This document shows, one piece after another, positions 9,779 to 19,334 of a stretch of 30,303 bases of DNA. Location: IMG/VR virus record IMGVR_UViG_3300046779_000311, positions 1 to 30,303 of that record. One strand, written 5' to 3'. Source of the stretch: a virus. Taxonomy: Duplodnaviria > Caudoviricetes. The notes below the pieces were generated by a model. The model was not told where the DNA came from and searched no databases. It saw nothing but the letters and a program-made list of their open reading frames with translations. Position 1 is the stretch's first letter. Each line of letters starts with the position of its first letter. A program made the translations under genes and the position numbers.

Positions 9779-11673
9779 GATACCCAGTTCACCTCATATC
9801 CTTGCCAAGAATCTATAATCCCTTGAGCATCTGCATAGTGATTTGCAACATCTGTATTAAATGCTCCTCTAGATTTAATTCTGTATTTACCGTTTGGCTG
9901 GAAGTTAGAAGCTCCTGGCTGACTTAGGCCAAGATACTTTAGTGCATCTGATGAATTTGTTATATCCACTTCTTGTCTAGTACCATTCAAATCAACATAT
10001 GCATACTGAATAGCATCATATTCTATAATCTCTGAATCAATAGCAAGGTATCCAGTATAGTCATCTAAAATTTGATTTTGGCTTGCCTCTACTGTTACTA
10101 CCGCCTTTAAATGCACATATGATCCAGCCAGGTGTGTCGTTAATAGATTTTGCTCTAAGGACATTGCAGCCATAAATGAATTTGCAGATTTCCACAATGG
10201 TTGTGAGTTGCCTAAAAATTCATTTGTAGTTACGCTATTCCAAATTACCTTTACCTGATTGGCAGAAGCTAAGTCTTGTTTTTCAAAAGATACTATGTTT
10301 GGAAGATTGTTTCCAGACTGCTCATATCTAAATGACCAATCTATTGGATCAGATATATTAAATAGATACTCTCTTGTGTAGAACTGCAGAATATTATTTT
10401 CATCAAATACTGCTGTCATTTGAGAATCTCTGCATAGCTGCTGTATTGAATCCCATACTGTTCTGCTATCTTCTGTCCACCAAAATCTTGGAGAGAATAT
10501 AGATTTATCTGAAACGGTAGTGTTAAAATTGTAATTAGTAAATCCAATATTGTCTAAAAGATTTCTTATAATTCCAATAGTTGTATATCCACGGCATACG
10601 ATTCCTGGGCAAATAGTCTCCTGCAGGTGCTTTGCCCCGTCTAATGCATTTACAGAAATATCTCCAAATTCTCCTATATTCCAGTTATCCATATAGAATA
10701 CGCCTTGCTTAATCTTTTCATATGTACCTTTAGAATCAGTAAGGGTTCCAGCAGGATGATATATTTTAAAGTATGGCGAAACCTCAACTCTTTTATAAAG
10801 ATATGTATTAGAAGAATTAAGTGTCATAGATTTATCAAATGAAATAACTTCTCTAGAATCTTCATATGAAACAAGGCTCATACCTAATGAGTTTGCTGTA
10901 ACACTTCCTACTGGAAGAATATCATCTGAGCTACTAGAAGCTTCTTTATTTATTGAAAAGTTAACAACTCTATCAGAAATATCTTTAACCCATCTAGGAG
11001 ACATTTCAATTAATCCAATATATTTACCACTAACAGCACCTGCAGTAACTCTAAGGCTTGTCATATTTACTGGATCTGCAATGGTGATTGGCTCTGTAGT
11101 TGACCAAGATGTTCCATTATAATATATAGTTACTGTTCCAGCCTCAGCACTACCAAACGATTGTATGCTTGAACTAGTGCCAGTTGCAATCTGTGTAGCT
11201 CCATTGTAAATAGACCAAGTAGGTGGTGTTGAATGCGAAAGCTCAAACTTGATAACTATTTTATTTGTTAATATTGTTTTTGGATAAGTTGCTGTAACGT
11301 CTAACCCAGAACCCTTATCTGAAACATAATATTTATAAGAAGTTTCTATACCTGGCAAGTACGTTCTATAGTCATATGGATATTCGCTTGCTCTAGGATT
11401 CTTATAGCTATTTAAAGCTATGTCTCCTACAATTGCGTATTTTACACCAGCCTTAATTGGTCTAAATGGCTTTATAACTGAATCTATTGGAAATAGCTTT
11501 TTAAATGGCTGATATGCATTTCCCGCCGCATCTGTTCTGCTAATTTCAGCTCCAGACATAGTAATATTATCAACTAAGGAATTCATATTGTATTCTAAAG
11601 TACAACCAGAATTAATTACTAAAGTAGTATCTTGTTCTAGTAATGTTTTAGCTTGAGAAGAGGCGTAAATCAT
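9775..11673 (-). CDS. Baseplate hub/tail-tip protein, N-terminal part
   Basis: 632 aa. Hub-like motifs (LPVGSVTANS; GVFYMDNW...VNALDGAKHL; TVWDSIQQLCRDSQMTAVFDENNILQF; ANQVKV). Second gene after the tape measure. Confidence 0.7.
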   Translation of the reverse strand: MIYASSQAKTLLEQDTTLVINSGCTLEYNMNSLVDNITMSGAEISRTDAAGNAYQPFKKLFPIDSVIKPFRPIKAGVKYAIVGDIALNSYKNPRASEYPYDYRTYLPGIETSYKYYVSDKGSGLDVTATYPKTILTNKIVIKFELSHSTPPTWSIYNGATQIATGTSSSIQSFGSAEAGTVTIYYNGTSWSTTEPITIADPVNMTSLRVTAGAVSGKYIGLIEMSPRWVKDISDRVVNFSINKEASSSSDDILPVGSVTANSLGMSLVSYEDSREVISFDKSMTLNSSNTYLYKRVEVSPYFKIYHPAGTLTDSKGTYEKIKQGVFYMDNWNIGEFGDISVNALDGAKHLQETICPGIVCRGYTTIGIIRNLLDNIGFTNYNFNTTVSDKSIFSPRFWWTEDSRTVWDSIQQLCRDSQMTAVFDENNILQFYTREYLFNISDPIDWSFRYEQSGNNLPNIVSFEKQDLASANQVKVIWNSVTTNEFLGNSQPLWKSANSFMAAMSLEQNLLTTHLAGSYVHLKAVVTVEASQNQILDDYTGYLAIDSEIIEYDAIQYAYVDLNGTRQEVDITNSSDALKYLGLSQPGASNFQPNGKYRIKSRGAFNTDVANHYADAQGIIDSWQGYEVNWVS

Positions 11674-12143
11674 TATACCTCATCCAATGATAGAGAAACA
11701 TTCCAATGTGGTTGCAATCCTCTTTTAACTACGGTAAAATTACATCCAGATATAGATACATTATAAGACTCATATCCAGACAAAGATTGGTCTGAACCAC
11801 TCTTTGCTAAATTAATTCTAATATTAAATGTTTTTTGTCCATCATCGCTGAGATAAAAAGATCTTAAATCCTCTGCCCCCCAACCGCCGTCAACTGTTAA
11901 ATCTCTATATGAAGGAAGCATGTCCCACGACATAGAGAACTTCCTTTTGTCAGCAACATGGTTTTTTCTAAGTGTTCCATTAGAAGTTCTTACAACCTTT
12001 TCGATTCTTTCAATGCCTATTTCTACTGGGCTTCTATTATGCTCAGTAACCTTATTCCAAACTTTTGTAGTTCCAGCAGGAGTAGCAAGTAGGTCTTTAG
12101 CCTCTATTAACAGTACAGACCCTCTAGGTAAATACATAGCCAT
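11673..12143 (-). CDS. Distal tail (Dit-like) protein
   Basis: 156 aa directly after the tape measure. RTSNGTLRKNHVADKRKFSMSW...WNVSLSLDEV resembles Dit/minor tail protein patterns. Confidence 0.65.
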   Translation of the reverse strand: MAMYLPRGSVLLIEAKDLLATPAGTTKVWNKVTEHNRSPVEIGIERIEKVVRTSNGTLRKNHVADKRKFSMSWDMLPSYRDLTVDGGWGAEDLRSFYLSDDGQKTFNIRINLAKSGSDQSLSGYESYNVSISGCNFTVVKRGLQPHWNVSLSLDEV

Positions 12144-15100
12144 TAGTAATTGCCCCCTAGATTTCTTACTCTGCCTTCTTTAGCATTAATCAAAGCTAAC
12201 TCTGCTTTGAACTTTCTCATTATATCATCTGCAGTAACATTTGTGCCACTTAGTTGAATATCAATGTTATAAACATTATTGTTATATGAATTATTAGCAG
12301 CTCCGCCAATTCCCGAAATTGTATTGCTTGGAATATTATATTTAGCTCCAAGGATATTGTTTGGAATTATTTGTCCTCCACTAGAAGGTACAAATAACTC
12401 TGGACCACGTTCTCCAACTAGATATGGCTGTGAACTCATCATGCCAGATACACCAGATGCTGCACGTTGTACATATCCTCCAAGAGCTTTTCTTACTGCA
12501 TATCCTGGATTAAATTTAGCATCGTATCCATTCTTAACAATATATGTCTGTCCATTTGGATCAGTAAATGTGGATCCAGCTTGTAGTTTCTTTGCAAATA
12601 CGATTGACTCTCTTGCAGCATTTGTAAGATATCCGTCATCACCATATGGATTCTTATATTGAGCAGAATTTTTGCCAGCATTTTGAGCAATAACTGATTT
12701 CATTTCTGCATCAGATTTAAATGAAATTGTTGACTGTTTTGGTGTTCCCTTAGTTAATGCTAGATATATATCAGAAAGTGTGTATCCTTGCTTACCAATA
12801 ATCTCTGATGCAAATGTTTTCATTCCAGCTGCTAGTTGATCTAATTCAGTTAATGCTCCGCCTTTAGGAATTGTAGCGGTTCCACCACCACGTCTAAATG
12901 TAACTGTCTTAGCTTCATTTGCAGAAAGTGGAACATAGTTGCCCTTTGCGTCCTTTACATAATTACCTTTATCATCTTTTGCTAAGAACTGTCCATAAGC
13001 CTGTAAAACTTCTGGAGAAGTTTTTGCAGATTTAGCAATTTCTTGCAATACATTTGAAAACGCAATGTTAAAATCCGCTTTATCTTTTTCTGTAGCACCC
13101 TTAGCCTCAGAAAGAACTCTTAGCTTTGCAACTCTAGTTAATTCATTTCCTAACTCAGTTACAGTTTTAATTGTTGCTGATAAATCAGATGCTTTATTTC
13201 CAGCACCCGTTACAGCATCTTTAAGCTTATCTTTATATGCAGCATCTGCGTCCAAAATAGCCTGTTGCTTTTCTTCTTCTTTCTTTGCATTTTGCTCAAT
13301 TCTGTCTAATGCTTTTTGTGTCTGATACTGCTTATTCAATTGCTGAATTGCAATTTGTGCTTGTGTGGCAGCATCCTTGTCTCCACGAGCAAGTGCTTGC
13401 TGGTATTCAAGCTGTAACTTCTGAAGTTCTAGCTCTGTATTTTCTGCATTTAATGAATCTTGAAGAGCCTTCTTTTTTTCTTCAGCACGTTTTCTGATAG
13501 CTTTTATTTCATCTTGAATAGCACGAATTCTATCTTTACTTAATCCCTTAGAATCTATGTTTTCTGTTTTAGATAGATTATTTGCTTTCTCATATTCCCC
13601 ATTTAATTTCTTTAATGCAGCTCTAGCTTCTTCTAGTCCAGCAACTGTACCGCCTTCTGCAAGGGCATTAGCTCCTGCTGAATCTAACGCTGCAGTAAAT
13701 GCTGCTATAGCCTCTGCTTGTGCAGAACTTATATTCTTAAGATCTAAGTTAACCCCTTGTAGATATAATCTCCACTTAGCATACATTCCACCAATAGTAT
13801 CGGATGAATTTAGAATGCCTGCCAATTCTGGTCTTTCAGACTTTAATGTAGCAAGTGTTTCTTCTCCAAGCTTTTTATTTTTAACTCCAGCAGCAGCCAT
13901 TTTTTCAAATTGAATTGCTAATGCTTCTGCTTCATCTAACATTTCACCAGATGCATCTTTTGTACCAACTAAGCTTCTTACTGCATTGTCTAATGATGTT
14001 ATTGCAGTATCTACGTTAGTTGCAAATGCGGATGGATCAATATTCGCTAAATCGTCTATGTTATTAGAAAGATTCTTAATAATATAATCAGCCGCAGCAC
14101 CCTTATCTGCTATTGCCATGAATGCCTTATCTGTTATTGTAGATACTCCACGACCAGCTTTATTTGAAGACTCTATAAGAGCATAAATTAAATTAGTTGC
14201 TTCTTCAGTGCTCTTTCCAGCAGATACCATTTGAGCCTTAAGATTTGAAGCCCACTGATTTACCTGAGTAGAGTCTATGTCATTTAATACTGCAAGGGTC
14301 TCTGGCATATCTGACTTTACACGTTCTTTTAATTCTTTAAGCTGTTTAATAGTTAATGTTAAGCCACTTACTCCAGCAGAAGTATATGATTCAAATTGAG
14401 CCTTTGCCTTGTCCGCCATAAGCTTTTGCTCTTCTCTTACAGCCTTCATTTTATCTGCAAGATTTGTGTACGTTATTCCTAATTCTTTAGCACCCTTTTC
14501 TGTAGTGCCGAACATTGCTTCTTGATTGCGCTTATTCTCTGCAGCGTCTTTACGCATCTTTAGGAATAGAGCTATTAATCCAGTTAATGTAACTGTTACT
14601 AATGCTCCTACTGGATTAATTGCAGCTAATGCAACTCTAACTCCAGTAAATACACGACCAGCAATTGTTCCAAATTTTGTAACAACTGTAGTCAATGACA
14701 TAACGTTTTTAAGCATTCTTCCAAGAGAAGATATCATTGGCATAAATGAAACTAACATACCAACTGTCTGCATAGCCTGTCCAGTTTCTCCGCCCATCAT
14801 TTGTCCGCCCATCATGAGCCCCATACCAGCCATACCAGACATCATTCCGCTACTTGGCTGTCTTGGTGCTCCAGATCTTCCTTCCTGGAATCCAGCAGAT
14901 AATGCGCTTCTTAACTTACCACCATTTTGCATATATTGAGCTCCTGGAACCATTCCTCCAGAATTCATATACACCATTCCACCCGAGTTCATTCTTCTTG
15001 GGAATCTAATTCCACGCTTCAACATAGACATTCTTGAAGCAATCTGTGATGCAGTTCCCCAAAGTCTTGATCCTAGATGTCCTCTTTCTACTCCAAACAT

Positions 15101-18100
15101 CTGCTTTATAGTTTGTCCAGAAGTTGTTGTATGCATTGGGTTATCTAATAACTCTTGAGCTCTTAGAAGGTGTGCTTCATTTTGACGATCTTTAAACCCA
15201 CTTGATGTACCTAATAGCGGTCTAATTATATTGCCTATAAAGCTACTTCCTCCACGTCCGCCAACTCTTCTGCTTCCCATTAATTCTGTTTCGCTAAAGA
15301 AATTTATTTTCTTTCCAGTTGTTGGATCTACTCTCCACAATTGATCAGCATGTCTACGTAATAAGTTTTCTTGAATTTTTTCAAGTTCTGTTTTTGATAA
15401 TACTCTATTGCCACGAGAAGCTACTGCCTGAGTAAGAGCTTTTTCATAATTATTTAAATGTAGCTTTAGTTTTTGAGGACTATATCCCAATCTTATTCCA
15501 GCATCATATAGCAATGCTACTGGAGGCAATCCAGCTCTTCTTAAACCTCTATATTCTCTAGCAACATTTCTACCAGTTATAGGCATTAATTCTTCACCTG
15601 GGGCTGAACGTCCTTCAAGTCCTTGGTTTAGTCTAGTTGTTTGCCATAGCATCTGTGCAGATAAATGCTCTGCTTTACCACCATTATTAATTGCTTCTAG
15701 TATTGGAAGTGTTTCTGGAGTTACTTGAGATGCTCGTATAACATATTCACCTTCTGTTAGCCATGCTGGAACAGTATCTGTTCCTCTAGGAGATCCAGGA
15801 TGAGCATTAACTTGTCCAGCAGTAGCCTTATATACTACTCCACCCATATTCATTCTCTTAGGACGAGTTGTTTCAATATTATATCCTGCGCCAGATGTTC
15901 TAACGCCTAATGAACGGGAAACTTTATCAATTAAATCACGTGTCTTACTCTTCTTAAATAGTTCACGCATATTTGATTTACCAGTTGGATCAACTACTGG
16001 CTGATCTAGTGTTGGAACCATTGTTGGGTTTAATGTTCTTCCCATTGCAGCAGCCTGAGTGCCAACAGCAGAACCAATCATTCTTTCAATCTCAAGGTTT
16101 AATGCAATTATTTGAGCTCTTGCTTGCTCAACTGTAATTTTACCAGCACGTAATTCTGCAACTATCAATGATGATTGTGTTGCTGCATTATCTGTTATTC
16201 CAGAAACAATTGGTAGAATATCATCAAATTGATTCATAAAGTCTTTGCTCACAACTCCAGTTGTCGCAATTTGTTTCTTTAATGTTTCAATTTCGGCCTT
16301 TGATTGCATTGCAAGTGTAGCCATCATTGCATGCCATCTTGCTGCTTCTCCTGCTACAACTCCTGTTGAAACTCCGCCAACCTGTGTAAGTCCTGGAACT
16401 GGAGGAAGAGGCTCATTCATATAAATCTGTGGAGCATCACCAATTTTTCTATTTACTGGAATTGATCCAGGAACAAGACCAAATATGGTCTGTTGCATTC
16501 TTTGCTCAGCACTTAATCCAGCACGAGGAACCATATGGGTTGAAGCACGAGTTCCATAATCTCCAACTAAAGGATGACCTGGAATAACTTCTCTAGCTCC
16601 AGCACCCATTACAGCATTTCCAGCAAGTGTAGTTATTGTTGGGTTTACTGCCATAACTCCAGATTTTGCTTTTGCCTCTAATATACTAAATTCATCAATT
16701 AAATTTCTTAAGGCTAATTGCAAAACAGAGGCTGCTTTAGCATCTGAATAAAATGTTTGTTCAACTAATTTGCCAGCCTTCTCAGCTGCCATCATTTCAG
16801 GAGTTAAATATTTCCAGCCTTCTCCGCCTTTAAAGAATGCCTTCATATGCATTACGCCCTTTAGAATATATCCAAAGAAGTTAGCCAAAACACCAGTAAT
16901 CATAATTAGTGGTCCAGCCATAGCAGTAAGAGCGCCTAAAAATGTAACTGCTTGCTTAATAGGTTGAGGCAATTTATCAAAAAACTTTAGAGCTTTGTCA
17001 ACAATATTAATCATTGCTGTTCCTATTGTTAAGAATTGATCACCTAGTCCTGCTAAATCAGCACGAAGAGATTCAATTGCTCTCTTATATTTTCCAGAAG
17101 CAGATTCTGTTACGGCTGCCAATTCTCGACCAGCCACAGTTTCTAATTCTGAAGCACTAGCCTTCATTAGATCCAGAACGTTAAGTGTTTGGCTTCCTTG
17201 TCTACCAAGGTTATTTAAAAGAGCACTTATTCTTGCAAACTGAAACTTACCAAATAGCTGTTCAATTGCTTGAGCTTTCTGCAATGGATCAAGATTATTT
17301 AATGCTCCTTGCAAATCAAATAGTAGCGAAGTAGTATCTCCAGCATTCTTTTTAACCATTGAAAGTATGTCGATACCAAAATCTGACATGACTCCTACAG
17401 TTTGTTTTGTTGGATTAATTAATGCTGCAAGTCCAGACTTTAATGCGTTTGCACCTTCTGATGCATTAATTCCACCTTCACGCATAGCAGTCATATAAAG
17501 AGCAAGATCTTCAATGTCTCCTCCAAGTTGCTTTACTACTGGACCAGCTTTAGGAATAGCTTCAACTAAATCTGCTAGAGATGTTGATGTCTGGTTTTCA
17601 ACTGCGTTAAGAAAGTTAATTGATTGAGCTAATTCATCAGTGTTTTGTTGAAATGCTGTTTGAATAGCTAGGGTTGCTTTCATTGCTTCTTGTCTATCAA
17701 CTTCACCTAAAACCGCAAGACGGCTTGTTTCTTTTACTGAAGCTAATAACTCCTGCCCCTGCTTTCCAGTTGCAGCAATATCAGCTGCTAAAGAAATAGT
17801 TTCGTTGAAATTAGTACCATATGCCTGAGATAATTCTTTAGATGTTGCAATTACATCTTGACGAACCTTGCCTAATTCTGCAGATGTTGCACCAGCAATA
17901 TCTCCATACACCTTTGTAAGACGAGTTAATTCTTGATCAGCTTGTCTAAATGCGTCTGCTGATGCTTTACCAAATGCTGCTAGGGGTAGCGTTAAACCAA
18001 CTGTTAGCTGGCGACCTGCCCATTGAGTATTTTTACCCCAGTTAATAAGTTGAACTGCACCGTCTTGAATAACACGATTCATAATAGCTAGTTCTTGTCT

Positions 18101-18562
18101 AGCTAAAGATGTCTTATTCTTTATTTCATCAAGGCCTCTTGGAATATGAACGTTAAACTGCTGAAGCCCTTGAGCATTTCTTCCTAGTGGCTGAAGAATA
18201 GCGTTTTGCATAGCGACTTGCTGTCTAGCAAGTTCTCTAATTAATCCGCCAGATGTTCTAACGTGCTGTTGAAATGTACCGAAATAATCTTTTAACTTAA
18301 GTCTTCCACCGTCTAGGTTTTTACCAAACTTTTCTACATCTGATGTAAGACTTACAAAGTGTGTTGAATATTGTCCAGTACTTCTAATTGTATCTGCAAA
18401 ATTACGGTTCATTACCGCAATGTTGTTAGCCAACATCTTATTAGAGTTAGCTAGTTGTTCTTGTAATTTAGATAGGCTGGCAGTAACCCTATGCACATCT
18501 GCAATAAGGGCTGAAAAGTCGGCATTAGCGACTATTCGTGTACTGATTGTTTCGTCAGCCAT
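12143..18562 (-). CDS. Tail tape measure protein
   Basis: 2139 aa, helical and Ala/Leu-rich. TP901-type core (GINASEGANALKSGL; KAQAIEQLFGK), hydrophobic segments, C-terminal YLVGERGPELFVP. Follows the chaperone genes. SD AGGAG upstream. Confidence 0.96.
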   Translation of the reverse strand: MADETISTRIVANADFSALIADVHRVTASLSKLQEQLANSNKMLANNIAVMNRNFADTIRSTGQYSTHFVSLTSDVEKFGKNLDGGRLKLKDYFGTFQQHVRTSGGLIRELARQQVAMQNAILQPLGRNAQGLQQFNVHIPRGLDEIKNKTSLARQELAIMNRVIQDGAVQLINWGKNTQWAGRQLTVGLTLPLAAFGKASADAFRQADQELTRLTKVYGDIAGATSAELGKVRQDVIATSKELSQAYGTNFNETISLAADIAATGKQGQELLASVKETSRLAVLGEVDRQEAMKATLAIQTAFQQNTDELAQSINFLNAVENQTSTSLADLVEAIPKAGPVVKQLGGDIEDLALYMTAMREGGINASEGANALKSGLAALINPTKQTVGVMSDFGIDILSMVKKNAGDTTSLLFDLQGALNNLDPLQKAQAIEQLFGKFQFARISALLNNLGRQGSQTLNVLDLMKASASELETVAGRELAAVTESASGKYKRAIESLRADLAGLGDQFLTIGTAMINIVDKALKFFDKLPQPIKQAVTFLGALTAMAGPLIMITGVLANFFGYILKGVMHMKAFFKGGEGWKYLTPEMMAAEKAGKLVEQTFYSDAKAASVLQLALRNLIDEFSILEAKAKSGVMAVNPTITTLAGNAVMGAGAREVIPGHPLVGDYGTRASTHMVPRAGLSAEQRMQQTIFGLVPGSIPVNRKIGDAPQIYMNEPLPPVPGLTQVGGVSTGVVAGEAARWHAMMATLAMQSKAEIETLKKQIATTGVVSKDFMNQFDDILPIVSGITDNAATQSSLIVAELRAGKITVEQARAQIIALNLEIERMIGSAVGTQAAAMGRTLNPTMVPTLDQPVVDPTGKSNMRELFKKSKTRDLIDKVSRSLGVRTSGAGYNIETTRPKRMNMGGVVYKATAGQVNAHPGSPRGTDTVPAWLTEGEYVIRASQVTPETLPILEAINNGGKAEHLSAQMLWQTTRLNQGLEGRSAPGEELMPITGRNVAREYRGLRRAGLPPVALLYDAGIRLGYSPQKLKLHLNNYEKALTQAVASRGNRVLSKTELEKIQENLLRRHADQLWRVDPTTGKKINFFSETELMGSRRVGGRGGSSFIGNIIRPLLGTSSGFKDRQNEAHLLRAQELLDNPMHTTTSGQTIKQMFGVERGHLGSRLWGTASQIASRMSMLKRGIRFPRRMNSGGMVYMNSGGMVPGAQYMQNGGKLRSALSAGFQEGRSGAPRQPSSGMMSGMAGMGLMMGGQMMGGETGQAMQTVGMLVSFMPMISSLGRMLKNVMSLTTVVTKFGTIAGRVFTGVRVALAAINPVGALVTVTLTGLIALFLKMRKDAAENKRNQEAMFGTTEKGAKELGITYTNLADKMKAVREEQKLMADKAKAQFESYTSAGVSGLTLTIKQLKELKERVKSDMPETLAVLNDIDSTQVNQWASNLKAQMVSAGKSTEEATNLIYALIESSNKAGRGVSTITDKAFMAIADKGAAADYIIKNLSNNIDDLANIDPSAFATNVDTAITSLDNAVRSLVGTKDASGEMLDEAEALAIQFEKMAAAGVKNKKLGEETLATLKSERPELAGILNSSDTIGGMYAKWRLYLQGVNLDLKNISSAQAEAIAAFTAALDSAGANALAEGGTVAGLEEARAALKKLNGEYEKANNLSKTENIDSKGLSKDRIRAIQDEIKAIRKRAEEKKKALQDSLNAENTELELQKLQLEYQQALARGDKDAATQAQIAIQQLNKQYQTQKALDRIEQNAKKEEEKQQAILDADAAYKDKLKDAVTGAGNKASDLSATIKTVTELGNELTRVAKLRVLSEAKGATEKDKADFNIAFSNVLQEIAKSAKTSPEVLQAYGQFLAKDDKGNYVKDAKGNYVPLSANEAKTVTFRRGGGTATIPKGGALTELDQLAAGMKTFASEIIGKQGYTLSDIYLALTKGTPKQSTISFKSDAEMKSVIAQNAGKNSAQYKNPYGDDGYLTNAARESIVFAKKLQAGSTFTDPNGQTYIVKNGYDAKFNPGYAVRKALGGYVQRAASGVSGMMSSQPYLVGERGPELFVPSSGGQIIPNNILGAKYNIPSNTISGIGGAANNSYNNNVYNIDIQLSGTNVTADDIMRKFKAELALINAKEGRVRNLGGNY
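14949..14992 (-). repeat. 24-nt-period tandem duplication encoding MNSGGMV x2 inside the tape measure
   Basis: Plus strand accattcctccagaattcat (14949-14968) and accattccacccgagttcat (14973-14992). Confidence 0.8.
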
Positions 18563-18569
18563 TTAGTTA

Positions 18570-19231
18570 TTACTCCTGTGAGTACCCAAGTCCTGCTCCA
18601 ATACCAAATCCAGCTGCTGCTGCAAACTGTCCTTGTAGAGACAACACGTCGTCAGATGATGCATTTATTCCTGCAGCTCTAAGACGCATATCTTCAAACT
18701 TAGATCCCCTCTCTTCTGTTTCGTATTCACCTATATCTACACCCTTCAAAGATGCTTGGAACTTCTTTTCATCATGTTCCTTTTTCTTTATTGCCTGTAA
18801 TGTAGTTATAAGTTCTGGCATTGATAGATTTTCTTCTAGGTCTTCGTAATTTTTCCAATGACCTAAAAGAAAAACTTCTCCTTCTAAAGCGGCTAAATCG
18901 AGTTCTGACCAGCCAGAACCGCTGCCGCTAGAAGGTTTGGGTCGTCAAGTTTAATTCCGCCGCAAACTTCAAGAATGCGATTCATTGTTGGAACATCTAG
19001 AGCATCTTCTAGAGCGTCACGATCATTTACTAGATCTGGTAATTGCTTTTCTAAAGCGATAGCGCATGCGTCAATAAGAATTGAAAGTGTTTCATCTTCT
19101 GTAGTTACGTCTGCAGTCTTTTGAATTGCAACCATAAACTTACGAAGTTCTTTGATTGATAGTGGTTTGAGCTTTGCTGTTTGCCCGTTTTGTAGTTGAA
19201 TTTCTTCTACATTGTATACTGTAGTTGCCAA
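18570..19231 (-). CDS. Tail assembly chaperone, -1 frameshifted long form (gpGT analogue, ~220 aa)
   Basis: Frame 0 reads GAC CCA AAC. The -1 frame is closed by TGA two codons before the heptamer and then open: PSSGSGSGWSELDLAALEGEVFLLGHWKNYEDLEENLSMPELITTL...GYSQE*. The track's 83-aa ORF is its tail end. Confidence 0.85.
18881..18941 (-). promoter_or_regulatory. Programmed -1 frameshift signal: C-CCA-AAC heptamer (18935-18941) plus downstream nested stem-loop
   Basis: X-XXY-YYZ heptamer in the correct phase. It is followed by CUUCUAGCGGC...GCCGC(UU)UAGAAG enclosing GUUCUGG-cugg-UCAGAAC. Confidence 0.8.
18893..19231 (-). CDS. Tail assembly chaperone (lambda gpG analogue)
   Basis: 112 aa between the tail tube and tape measure genes. 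TTG start with AAGGAGG SD. Confidence 0.88.
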   Translation of the reverse strand: MATTVYNVEEIQLQNGQTAKLKPLSIKELRKFMVAIQKTADVTTEDETLSILIDACAIALEKQLPDLVNDRDALEDALDVPTMNRILEVCGGIKLDDPNLLAAAVLAGQNSI

Positions 19232-19258
19232 TTTATCCTCCTTGGATATGTCTAAATT

Positions 19259-19287
19259 ATTATAACATAATGGTTTTACATATACAA
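19259..19287 (-). promoter_or_regulatory. sigma70-type promoter for chaperone/tape-measure unit
   Basis: TTGTAT-17 nt-TATAAT with extended TG, followed by a leader with AAGGAGG SD. Confidence 0.78.
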
Positions 19288-19314
19288 GCAGAAAGCCCCC
19301 GAAAATTCGGGGGC
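19288..19314 (-). terminator. Intrinsic terminator after the tail tube gene
   Basis: GCCCCCGA-AUUU-UCGGGGGC stem followed by UUUCUGCUU. Confidence 0.8.
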
Positions 19315-19334
19315 CTCCGACAATTATTTAGCTA

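Noticed and set aside
18570-18821. Stand-alone 83-aa gene
   Set aside because: It has no SD at the proper spacing, and its frame is open upstream to the slippery heptamer. It is better explained as the frameshift extension.
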